Assembly: GCA_039545335.1 (NCBI GenBank)
Contig: BCIN01000003.1
Span: forward strand, 2,179,060 to 2,243,059
DNA: 64,000 nucleotides
Source of the DNA: Kondoa subrosea
Lineage: Eukaryota
Direction of reading: 5' to 3'
Shown one piece after another: positions 53,011 through 64,000 of this stretch. The notes under the pieces are model-generated. The model was not told the DNA's origin and ran no database searches. It saw only the letters and a list, made by a program, of their open reading frames with translations. A program made the position numbers and the translations under genes. Within the stretch, counting starts at the first letter, position 1. Each line of letters starts with the position of its first letter.

Positions 53011-53365
53011 AATGAATGAATGCAATAGACAAAGAAATAATAGATATGCTTTTGCTGCTATCGCTCCATATACTTCTTCCGCCGACAGATTTCTTTCAAG
53101 ATCAAACAGTTCAGTTCCTCTAACTGGATCTCAAACGCGTTATGACATGACTCAGGCCAACCAGCTTCCTCATTTTGCCTCAAGTGACGAGCAAATTCTA
53201 ATGAGGTTGGAAAGATGCCGACCATCGATCCATCAAGGTCGACGTGTCATGAAATTCCGCCGTCGTGCCAGTGCTTGACCTTGACCTTTCGAGAACAGAT
53301 CAGCCTCATACGGTCGAACAGTAGATTGGGTCTCACCATATACAGTCGAAGAACATCTAGGCAGA

Positions 53366-54114
53366 TTAACGCGCAGCTGCTCTTGCGTTCTTGTCCACAT
53401 TAGCTCTGTAAGATCGCGAATCACTTCAGTCAGCCTGGCCAACGGGCACATCCCTTGTACAACGCACCTAGCGACTACAGCAGCTTTATGAACATCATCC
53501 TTCTTCTTCAACACCTCGCTGCTACCATCCAGGACGCTCAACACTTCCAAAGCCAATCTCTTACCGAACCTCTTTTCATTCTTATGCCTCATGCTAGCTT
53601 TCTCTATCCATTTTACAGCAACTCTAGTTCTTCTCTTCTCATCCAAAGGTAAAGGTAAAGCCGCTCTTTTCATTCCACCTAATTTCTGACTGACGATTTT
53701 CATCATTGGACTTGAATCAAAAACAGCTTTCTTCAACAAAGGTAACGGTTCTGAATGAGTGAGTGATTGAATTGTGGAGAGCATGAGTGAAAGATGAAGT
53801 TGAGCTCGAAGTAATTTGCCATCTTTCATTATCAATCTGGACATGTCGTGAAGTAAAGGGTCTTCAGTTGGTGGAATATAGTCATTCAACGGTATCGAAG
53901 GCGATTTCGTCTGAGGAGTAGAGGCAGATGCGACAGGACTCGAGCTGCTGGGTGTAGCAGAGGGAAGAGTAGGTGACCATAATTCTGATAATCGATTTTT
54001 GGCAATGTTGGTTTCATACGCTGCACCGCTTAAAGTCCTCCTCGCTTGCTGGTGTTGACGTTGAAGTAGAGCGCAAGTGCATTGCTGCTTGAGTGGTCGA
54101 GTGATCCTGTTCAT
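53366..54114 (-). CDS. RSM7: Mitochondrial ribosomal protein uS7m
   Basis: Arg-rich presequence, LIMKDGK, PLPLDEKRRTRVAVKWI, RLALEV, KKKDDVHKAAVVARAN. Confidence 0.9.
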
Positions 54115-54138
54115 CGTTTGAGATCAACCCAAAGAATT

Positions 54139-55045
54139 ATGGGAAATGGAGGGAGTAAAGTCACTTCACAAGATAAAGCGATACTAGAGTACGTCTCCAT
54201 GTCTCTTCTTTGCCAATACAAGAAGTAGATGTGTGCATCGGAACAGCTTGAAACTACAAAGAGACAAGATCAAACAATATCAACGCAAGGTCACCGACTA
54301 TCTCTACTGTTTCCGCTTCTGTCTCATGTCTGAAAGTGATTACAGGTTCAAGGCGTATTGGAAAGAGAGAAGGAAATCGCCAAAGAAGCCTTGAAGACTG
54401 GTAACAAACCTAAAGCTCTCACTGCATTACGTCGGAGAAAGTATCAAGAATCCCTTCTGACAAAGACAGATTCTCAGCTGGAATCCCTTCAGAACCTCGT
54501 TCGTCCTTTCCAAGCACTCTATTTCGATTCTAATAATCAACGATCGTCTTAGGTATCCAACATTGAATTCGCCTTAGTAGAGAAGGATGTCTATTTCGGT
54601 TTGCAGCAAGGAAATTCCGTGTTGAAGCAGTTGCATTCCGAAATGACTCTGGAAAACGTTGAGAAATTGATGGGGGAAACTTCTGAAGCCATTGCTTATC
54701 AAAAGGTACGTTACGCTCACCAGGCTGAAAGGCTTTGGAGAGACTGAAATGGAAGGATGAGAATAGGAAATCGATGAGATGCTGCAATCCACTATGTCAG
54801 CTGACGAAGAAGATGCGGTACAAGCTGAATTACAAGCGATGCAGGCAGAACAGGTTAGTCTTGCTTCCGGTTCTACCTCGAACAATACTGATCTGTACTA
54901 TCAGATGGGCACCAAGTTGCCTGATGTACCAGCGCAGAAACTACCCAGCGTGCCAGACACAATCCTTGTGAATAGAGAGGAGGAAGAAGAGAGAAGAGGA
55001 CCGGTGCCAGAGAGGAGAAAGGAGAGACAAGCTCTAGCAGCCTAG
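54139..55045 (+). CDS. VPS20: ESCRT-III subunit Vps20/CHMP6
   Basis: Myristoylation-type MGNGGSK, QDKAILDLKLQRDK, ALRRRKYQESLL, IEFALVEK, LPDVP. Confidence 0.93.
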
Positions 55046-55579
55046 ATGTTTGGGATTTGTATGTTGTGTTTAGCTGTATTACTGTATAACAATCAATAAC
55101 GCATTCGGCCGGGACGTTGCTTCGAAGGTTGTAGTAGACCGTCTACGAAGTCTTGACCGCTATACGAGATTGCGACAAGCCAGTCGGCCTTTTCTCCCAC
55201 TTTGAATAACGAAACGCATTGAATCGAGCTAATAATATGACGAGAAGGGGTGAAATGCAAGGCATATAGTCGCGATCAGTAGGAATCAAGGTAGAGATCC
55301 TGGACGGAGTCTCGACTGCCCATTAGAAGATTTAAAAGTGAATTGATTGAATATATGCATTTTGATGATGTATGCAAGCCGCAAAATAAGGTATCCATGC
55401 TATACATGCATGAGTACATTTCTGAGAAAACTAGTAGTAGATGTAACGCACCTGCTGTTATACTATATGTGCCAAATTGTTTTCTTCCATCGGCCTGAAC
55501 GAATCAAGAGTTCATCATCGAGGGCAAACAACTTGATTATCTCGCGGCTGAAACCTGCGCAAGGGAGCAGCTGCATCTT

Positions 55580-56040
55580 CTACCCAGCAAACTTGACGGC
55601 TTTGCGCGGCTTAGAAGTAGCATCTTCCTGTGCACTCAGCGGTCCCGCCTCTTCCTTCTTCTTCTTCGCTGCAGATGGTTTGGGTCCAGCTAATTTCTCT
55701 TTCGCAGCTTCCTGTATATGTGCTCAGTCATTGTATAGCATTCCAAAGCTCAGGACGAACCAGAGGGCTCTTTCTACTCGAAAGCTTTGCTGTCGCAGAA
55801 TCCATCTTTGCGGCCTAAATCTCGATGAGCATGTAGCAGAGACTATTGGAATTCGATGCTCACTTTCCTGGACTTGGCCTCTTGCTTCTGCATTTTCGAA
55901 TTGCGTTTGACACTTTCTTCTTCTTGCGCAGCCAATGCGATGGCCATTATATCCTGTTTGCCGTCCATGTACTTGGTCTTCTTTCTGAGTGGTCCCTGGC
56001 CTGCGGGCACAGTAGATGCTTGCTTCTCGGCTTTTGGCAT
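55580..56040 (-). CDS. Small basic protein, possibly a Loc1-like 60S assembly factor
   Basis: Three-exon Lys/Ala-rich ORF ending KAVKFAG; KKTKYMD...IALAAQEEE...SKMQK segment. Confidence 0.5.
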
Positions 56041-56477
56041 ATCTTCGTAACTGAAAAAAGGGCAAACATGTAATTCGATGAGATGTCAATAACCTACTCG
56101 AGCTGGTCTTCTTCAGTCTAAAACAACTCGTTATCCGTCACTGTTCCAGATCCCAAGCCATATTAGCAAACATGTCAACGGCGTCAAAAACTGCTCATTA
56201 TATAATTTATGATGGAATCCAGTACCAGTGTTCTTGGCACTCTATCTCTGCTATAACGTCAAAGGAATCGAGTGCTGTATGCCCATGATCCAGACTCTTA
56301 TAGTCCTTCTGTTTCTGCGAAGCTCTTGGTGGATGTCAATCGGGGCGATGCCTAAAGGCTGTGGTAAGCTCATTCTCTGGCTTCTTTGTTATCCCAGCTT
56401 AATCTCATACGTATCTCTACCTGAACAAGAGCTGGTCTCTGTCCTTCTAATTCTTTTTTACTCTTCTCTTTATATCG

Positions 56478-56890
56478 ATGGGCCGTTCACGCAGTCAATC
56501 TCAATCTCGCCGCCCAGCTGGCCGATCTCAGTCGCCCTCTAGAAATGGCTGCAGTCTTACAGCTCCTCCTCCAAGCTATCAACGGCGAGATCCAATGAAC
56601 AGCAAGCTGAACAGCATCGGACGAGCAGTTGTTTCGCACGTCAACAAATCCGTATCTACGGACGACTTGCATGACAAATTTTCCGGCTACGACGAAGCTG
56701 TTGAAGCATGGGCAGAGGTCGACGATGAGAATTGCTTTACTACTATTTTCCGAAGTGAGCTTCTTAGCATAGCCTATCTCGATACCGACGAGTCCATAAC
56801 TCTCCGTAAGGCTTCCCAGGGGTTGGTACAGTAGGCAACACTCTATGTTGCGTTTGGTCCATCACGTGCGGAGATCTTTCATCAGCAATG
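56478..56890 (+). CDS. Hypothetical RS-rich protein with possible degenerate RRM
   Basis: MGRSRSQSQSRR start; VVSHVNKSVSTDDLHDKFSGY resembles RNP2 plus helix 1. 3' structure unresolved. Confidence 0.35.
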
Positions 56891-57327
56891 AAAGCATCGC
56901 GAGAAGTCAGGTATAGCGACAAGGAAGGTCAGGTTGAAGATACAAGCTCTTGCTGCGGATGCTCTGTTGCTGGAGGGTTGTGCTGCTGTAGGTCTGCATT
57001 TTCCTTGTTGGAACGCTTTACTGACCCGTCTGCTCTATGTTCAGCATACATCCTGTCAAACTTGGTATGTCCTTTCGATAGATCCAATGTCTCTCTCTAT
57101 CTTATGCTTGCCCTTTCTGGCCACAGGTTAACGACATACCTTTTGTCAAACCGGCACGTCTGCTACTCGGGCGCTGCTTATCGAAGCCCTACGCAGACCG
57201 CTATGAGCTTGGTATGAAAGGACTGCTCAAGAAGAACAGAGGCCATCCAAATTACTGATTGATTAGCGATCGAGCTTCTGCTGGACTGACCCGCAATACA
57301 TCTACAAGAAAGAATCTTGTGCATTGT

Positions 57328-57354
57328 ATCACATACATCACATACATCACATAC
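57328..57354 (+). repeat. Short tandem repeat (ATCACATAC)x3 upstream of profilin
   Basis: Seen directly in the sequence. Confidence 0.8.
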
Positions 57355-57496
57355 TAATATCACAGCTGTTCCCTCGCATCACTGTGCAAACTAGTGTCGC
57401 TGCTGCTAAGGACCCGAATATCTGAGATTTCGAAACGCTTAAGCTTTGTCCAACTTCCAACTTTGTTCCTCGTCAAGCGAGATCTATACCACAGTA

Positions 57497-58313
57497 ATGA
57501 GTTGGCAAGGTGCGTCGCTTCTCCACATTGCGTGGTGTATATCACTTATTGATATGCTATCCTCCATCCCTTTCAATCTCTGTTCATTTTGCGCTCTTGC
57601 CCCAATTTCCATGGTTCCGCTCTCCTTTCGCTACTACTGTTGCGCATATGTACAGTGTACGTTGATAGTAACATGGTCGGGACGGTATGCTGCGCGCTGA
57701 ATTGTCTTGATATGAGCTGAATCTGTTATGCGGACACTCAGGGCAAGATCACACGGGGAGCTATCCTTGGTCTTGATGGCGGAGGAAGTGTATGGGCTAA
57801 ATCCTCAGACTTCAACGTACGCTTACTCCGCCTAATCAGCTGGCGTAGCAAGCTCAATCTTACAGGAAATGACGACAGATCACTGACAAAGAAGTCAAAA
57901 CCCTCGTCGCGAGCTTGAACGACCCTTCTGCTTTGTTCGGTAGTGGTATTATGGTAGCTGGCACTAAATTCATGACCATACGCGCGGACAACAGTGAAAT
58001 CATCGGAAAGAAAGGGGTAAGCATCGCAACCTCAATCAGAAACATAGCTGACGTGTGCAATCATCTTACAGCCCAAAGGAATTGCATGCTATAAGTCGGA
58101 AAAGGCTTTACTAGTCGGAGAATACGAAGGTCAGCTTGGTTTCGCGGTAGTCGACCGATATTGATTATTGCCTCAATTCTGCAACAGGTGTCCAACCTGG
58201 AGACGCAAACCAAGTAGTCGGAGGCCTAGCAGACTACCTCAAAGGCGTCGGATGTAAGTAAGCTCTTGACGTTCCTAGCTTTGTGCTGACCTTTGAATAC
58301 TCCCACAGACTGA
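57497..58313 (+). CDS. PFY1: Profilin
   Basis: Spliced MSWQVYVDSNMVGTGKITRGAILGLDG..VWAKS, GIMVAGTKFM, VVGGLADYLKGVGY. Not captured by the ORF track. Confidence 0.93.
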
Positions 58314-58652
58314 ACTATAGATGGGATAGTCTCTTCTCATGCCTGTTTGATACACGTAGAATGCATACTTGCCCTGACTTTCTCGTACTACTTTGACGCC
58401 GCTGCTTTCCATTCGTTCCACCTCTTTCGGAATTTCAACCCCTTCTTTACCTTGACCACAAAAAGCCATCTCTACATCGATTTGTCACTTCGCGCGCTTG
58501 GTTCCAGCAGATCAAACCAACAGCAGCGCAGGTCGTTCATACTGATACCTTTATTCCTACTGGACTTCGTTCTGAGATAGAACGCGCGACTTATCGAACG
58601 AATTCCCGTTGATCTCTAAAATCAAGAGCTCTATTGTTCTACATCTACAAGC

Positions 58653-59583
58653 ATGAGCCTGTTTATGTCGCAATCGCTGGCCGATGATCCTTTCTCTGCT
58701 GCACCCACTCCGTCTGCTTCAATTCGAAGATCCTCAATTCGACATGATACCTCAAGCGATGTAGAAATGGATCGTGAGGGAGATGATGATGATGGTCGAC
58801 CTGTAACGCCTGTGATGCAGATGTTGGGTAGAAGGAAATGTCCACCACCTGACTGGATAGTAGATGAGCAAAGGAGAACACCAAGTCCCAAGAATGTGGT
58901 CAGCACCAGGGGTAGATATGCTTTGGAACCAGAAGCGGAAGAGGATGAAGACCCTTTTGCTGCTCCCAAGAAGAATTCGAGGGTCTATACGGGCAAAGGG
59001 CTGAAAAAACCCGATGGTCACGTTATGACTTATGTCTTGTGAGTATATGCGCTTCTGCTTCACATTCATACTGATTCGGAAGTGTTAATCTTTTGCAGCC
59101 GTGGGAAGAAGGTTAATCTCACTCAACCTGTATCTACTTCTGATTCGGACGAAGAAGAACTACCAACGGCTGGTCCGAAGTTCCTATTCCCCCAACATGC
59201 GCCGGATTCGCCTGTTGCTTCTTCTTCCTCGTCTGCAATTCATCTCAGTCCAAAGAAACCTTGTACTCCTCCTAAGAACAATTCTGGCATTCCGCCTACT
59301 CCGCAATCCAACATCGTATGTGTATATCCTATCTGGTCTCGTGAAATGTGCTTACTCCTGAATACAGAGACGAGGGAACAAGCGTACTTATGGTCATGCT
59401 CCAGCTGATTCGATCACTGTTCTCAAAGATGAATCTGATGAAGATTCAGATCTGTTTTGCACCGCTTCTCAACTAAGGGAGAACAAAAGAGCGAGACATT
59501 CGCAACAAATCGATTTTGCTAGAAGAGTTGGTGGTAGTACTGGAACCTCTGCTGCTAGTCAAGGCAGAGTGTTATTCCAGTAA
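58653..59583 (+). CDS. Low-complexity, probably disordered protein of unknown function
   Basis: Three exons; many SP/TP sites, DPF motifs, MTYVFRGKKV across an intron, PKFLFP. Confidence 0.6.
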
Positions 59584-59865
59584 GAGGAGATGCGCCCAAG
59601 ATTGTGAGAGTCTCTGTATATAGCATGCTGAAGAAGAGAGAGTTTAGTTAAAGCACAAACGGGTCTTCATCATTGTAACCGAACATCATAGCAGCATCGT
59701 AGTATTCAATGAAATTTACCAAAGTGATAGTCGTCCCTATACTATTTTCAGTCGCTCAGATTTGATCAAGTGTTTAAGCTGGCTACCTTCAGAGCAGCAC
59801 GATTGCTTCCTGTGCTACTTCTGCCCTGTGCAATACTACTTCTTCCTGCTGCTTATCCGAGGCAG

Positions 59866-61292
59866 ATGTCTGAATTGGAGAAGCCGAAAAAATTGCCAGA
59901 GTGCTGTGAGAGCTGTCTTCTCGGCAGATAGCACAGTTCTTAGCATCTCTCTTGCAGTCGGACATCGCGGTGTAACTCTTCCTTCCGTTTACTTGTTGGC
60001 TTGTGATTAACGGCGCGAGAGGCAAGGCATCGGCTGCTTTCCCTGAAAATACTCTAGCGAGCTTCAGGCAAGCTATCTTGGATGGCAGTGAGGGCTTAGA
60101 ATCGGATGGTGAGCATCTGCTTTTTGGATGCTATCGGATGCTAAGTACACGTTTGATAGTACATATCTCGTCGAATCATGTTCTGTTGATGTTACATGAT
60201 GCTTCGTTGGTGTTCTAAATCAGAGTCATGCTGTATGCTGATGTCGCGTATAGCTTGGATCGCGCTACAACTGGACGAGGTAGGTGAATTGCGGGATCTG
60301 TAAATCTTGACCTAATAAACGATAGGTCTGATACACGAGCAGCCTTATCACAACAGTATGGAAGATTTACGAACCACCAAACAGCCCGAACAGCCCATCG
60401 CAACTTTCGATCAAACTGTAAGCTGTCTTTCTGATGATAACTCTGATCTACTGAACAAAATCCTCTACCGCCAGATTGCTCTCCTCAACGAATCACAATG
60501 CAGTCATGTCAAGCTCATACTGGACTTGAAACCTGATAATGATCCCGAACTGCTATTTTCCCTAATTGCCAAATCACTATCTGCTGTACCAAACTGGAGA
60601 ACCAGTTTAGCACCTAGATTGGTCCTGGGATTATGGTACGGCCAGCACGATGTCCAAATCTTCGCTATTTCAAGATATGTGGTTACAGGCATCCAAAATT
60701 CATCGAACCTGCTCAGCGACTGCTGCCAGATTGTAAAAGAATTCATATCAGTTTTGGCATAGCTCTAGCGGAAGATTACTTCTGGGAACATTGTGATGGT
60801 TAGCTGATCAATAGTATGGCGATCATTATCTGATTTGAGAAAGGTTCACAGGCTTTCTGATACATTGGGTAACACTAAATTCTAACATTGGCAAAGTCTT
60901 CCGCGAGCGCTGCCTGGCTGAAGGCAAGGAATTGTCGGTTTGGACAGTCAATACTAGAGCGCATATGCGAGAGGCAACCAAGGTGAGCGATTAGGTCTCC
61001 ATGATGTTTGTGTCTCACTTTAAACATCAGTGGGGAGTCAATGCAATCTTAACGGATCATCCTTCCGATCTGCTGAAGCTGAGACGAGACATACAAAGTA
61101 TATTCGCCCGACAGTGGAGAACAACGCTGACTTGGCCACATAGGCGACTGGGCTGCTGTATGCCGTGAGACGGAGTCTCTCCTCTCGAGCTATTCTTTGG
61201 CGTCGTATGCAATTCCTCAAAAAATCATCTCTGCATATTTGCTCGGCAGGGTCATCAAACGGGTTAGTGATGTAAAACCCTACTCTCAGTGA
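59866..61292 (+). CDS. Glycerophosphodiester phosphodiesterase (Pgc1-like)
   Basis: ECFGHRGASAAFPENTLASF, EGLESDVH, MLHD, LDLKPDNDP, RLVLGLWHPKF, VWTVN, AILTD. Confidence 0.9.
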
Positions 61293-61590
61293 CATCAGTG
61301 CTAACTGTTGCGCTAGGCTGGACCTCTGCCCGAGAAGTAATACCGACAGGTGAGCTTCCGTCGATATTCGCTTTAATTCGTGAGATGTCATTCGGTTAGC
61401 TAACAGATATTGGATCCTTATGCTTTGATCATTCTTGATTTCGCTCTCCTGCTGCCTTACGCTCATGCCACATGAGCTTGTCAGCGCTCTGCCATCTTGA
61501 AAATGTGATTATTACGCGTCGTCATCGTTCGGCATCTACCAGATTAATCTGATTTTCAGTTTGCGCTTCTTTGCAAAGCAGCACCGCAAC

Positions 61591-61818
61591 ATGTTCATCG
61601 CCAATCGCACAATCACTAGAATTCTTCCATGCCTTGCGATCGCTCGAACGTACGCGACAAAGTTCAACACCAATGAGTTTGGGTTAGTTCACCTGTGATC
61701 TACTCGTAGCGTTTCTGACATCTGCTCAGTCAAGGAGCCTCACATGCGTCTAATACTGGATCTCTTGTGCCAGACTCGATTCAAAAGGCTGCTCCAAAGG
61801 CGCAAGGCGCAAGCCTAG
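61591..61818 (+). CDS. Possible small mitochondrial protein (splicing unresolved)
   Basis: MFIANRTITRILPCLAIARTYATK resembles a presequence; downstream splice signals are present but the frame could not be fixed. Confidence 0.25.
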
Positions 61819-62048
61819 TCTTGACAGACGGAGTAGTCTTGGATACCGAAGCAACGATGTTCGCATTGCGAGGATACAATGTACAGTAGCTCGCAAGAAG
61901 GCGAATGCAAAGCAGCATGGTTTCTGGAATATGTCTAATATTCTTCGCCTCTTCCGTTGGAATCGCGCTATACATGAATCTTGTCTGATGCGGTGACATC
62001 TTTGGTCGAATCTTGTGCTATCTGCTTACAATAAATGTCAATTGCCAT

Positions 62049-64000
62049 TCACTTGGGGTGTAAGGCACTCACTGACTGCAAACTTCCTTTAATCTGATTG
62101 GCAGATTCTGTCTCTTCCGCTTTCTTACTGACAGTATCTTCTCCCGAGCCTTGAACGGCCCTCGGTGGAGTAGGCATAGATGCAGCGCTTGAGGGAGTTC
62201 CTTGATCTAACGATTTCGTTTCTTTCGTGCTGTAGATCGTGGAAAGCGGTGAAGGGACGCCCGGCTTCTTGCTCGCTGTCGGTTGCGGGTGCATGATAGT
62301 TGGCTGTTCTGAGGCAGCTAGAAACAGACCCGGGAGGTGAACAGAGCGATATTCGGGCCGTAGAATCAATGTTGTGGTCGTAACAGTTTGTTCTTTGGCC
62401 TTTTTGCGTTTAGTCTCACTGCGCGGGACTTGATCTATAATGTGGTTCTTTCTAAGAGCAACGGGAAAGTCTTTATGAGCCATATAACCCGCTTTTAAGC
62501 TAAGTTGGCAAAATTGAGAAAGTTTGCAGGCAATTAATCGAAGAACTTACGCAAACATAGGCTGCAATAATTCCACAGCGGCTCTGTATATGCATCAGAC
62601 CATCGCCAGCTGGTACGCTGATGCATGACATACAAGAGATCGGGAGAATCGATGCTGTCTGTGCCCTTCTGTTCGAAAACTTGCATAACAAAGATTGCTA
62701 GCTGTATGGGAAGAGCAAGCTCGTGCCCATTGACAATTTCGTATTTTCGAACACCAGTCCAATAAGAAGCCAGGTGTGGTATCTTAAGAGGTCTGAAGGG
62801 AAGCTTGAATGGCGCGTGCAATGGGTTCAGCGAAATCGTTGTCTTGTTGTCGCACGGCACCAAGCTGTCTGTTTCCGGTACAGCATCCTCTTCGCTCAGT
62901 AGAACAGCAGAAGATCGTCGGAGAAAGGAGCTTGCCAGATGCGGTAGGCGTTGAAGGCGTTCAATATTCGGCTTTGGCGAGACAGAGCTGGATCCATTGG
63001 CTGGTACTTGTCGATCTACCAGAACTATTCCGGAATCGATGCAAGACCTGAGATAATTGTCTAACTGCATCGCTGTGAAGTCCTTCTTCCCTTGCGCTAC
63101 TTTGTGTTTACTCATAATAGCTCGAAGGTTCTCTAGCGTCATAGGCTGATGAGCGGCCAGCAATCCAGTCAGCAGTGCTTCCCTTGGATCGAGCATTTTG
63201 ACATTATGAAGCCACGGAATGGCTTTCCTGACGTAAGGTACGATGCTACTTTGAGGAATGACCTTGTGTACGAGTCCTTTGGCAGTTTCAGGGTCAGGCG
63301 ATCCGTCAACTGATGTTGTGCTGGAAGTGGAAGTAGACTGCTGGATTCCAGGTTTGCTGGAAACAGATACCGTAACTTGGCTGTGAGGCTTGAGTTTAGC
63401 AGGCGACTTAATGGGTGATGTTGGGATTGTCTTTGTCTCCTTCTTTACAGCATCCTTTAGAGACTGATCAAGAGCAAGTGCTGGTTTTTGAGTGGTCAGA
63501 GGATCAGGCTCTGCGCGACAGATCAGTATATATTAGGCTCAGGATTGACGGACTGACGGGAGGTAGCTACAAGCTGACCAAATTGCGAAGCCGCGCGGAC
63601 TTGAACACCTCGCGGATTGGATTTGTGTGCCGTATCAGTGAGTAGCTCCTCCCAGGTAATAAATTCATCGGCAGGCGACTCCGCCTATACCGAATGAAGC
63701 GAAGACTTAAGTGTAGTCGTGAAAGGCGCAATGCATGCATGTACATTACCGCCCACTGCGATTACGCGCGCCCCATGATTCTGACAGAGACCAAGGGTTC
63801 TGTTGAAGTCTTTGTCTCTAGACATCAAGACTACCCGAGCTGGCCCAAGCTGAGAGGTTGTCCAGTAAACCATGTCGCCGATCAAATGATGATCTGCAGC
63901 TTCTTTCTTGCCTCCCCCGGCTCTTCAGAGCTATCAGTCCAGATCGTGGAACAGGCTTTTCAGGCAGGTCAACATACTGAGGAGAATCGATCAGCTGAAT
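62049..64000 (-). CDS. NYN-domain (PIN-like, MARF1/limkain-b1-type) protein; 5' end lies outside the window
   Basis: GKKEAADHHLIGDM and VVLMSRDKDF...L...GARVIAV match the NYN acidic motifs; long downstream exons. Confidence 0.75.

Noticed and set aside
53008..53020. Stop-codon readthrough producing a cryptic PTS1 on Rpe1
   Set aside because: The context is TGA AAT GAA TGA, not TGA CTA, and the extension has no SKL-like end.
55050..55560. Possible ncRNA or small gene between VPS20 and the Loc1-like gene
   Set aside because: No recognisable RNA motifs or credible spliced ORF; the 187-aa track ORF at 55347-55910 is largely antisense to the real gene.

Overview
Gene-dense, intron-rich eukaryotic DNA from a fungus, most likely a basidiomycete yeast (inferred from ~45-60 nt GT-AG introns, a Pex5 with a Pex7-binding segment, and CPL1-like and Cap64-like genes). 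About 35 genes can be reconstructed by hand-splicing. Most are housekeeping: MTP18, an MFS transporter, MET3, PEX5, a paraoxonase, RPS2, PCF11, EMC7, RAD10, an SNF2-RING helicase, a GT2 synthase, RRP40, RAD23, an SDR, VIP1, a CTR copper transporter, CDT1, a C2 protein, an ABCD transporter, RPE1, RSM7, VPS20, profilin, a GDPD and an NYN protein. The standout structure is a pair of ~2.0 kb inverted repeats (21110-23104 and 29730-31730). Each arm carries an intact convergent two-gene module (a 74-aa HVA1/Tudor-like protein and a ~337-aa protein with three unrecognised 63-aa His-rich repeats) and a perfect 20-bp palindrome. The arms enclose a ~6.6 kb cassette (helicase, processive GT2, RRP40) between RAD10 and RAD23, and their mosaic identity suggests ongoing gene conversion and possibly inversion. 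Other oddities are a tandem pair of orphan paralogues (one frameshifted), divergent genes whose start codons are only 24 bp apart, and 5-6 nt microexons. No tRNA, rRNA, transposase or mating-type gene was recognised. All gene models are manual and family names come from motif recall, not database searches.
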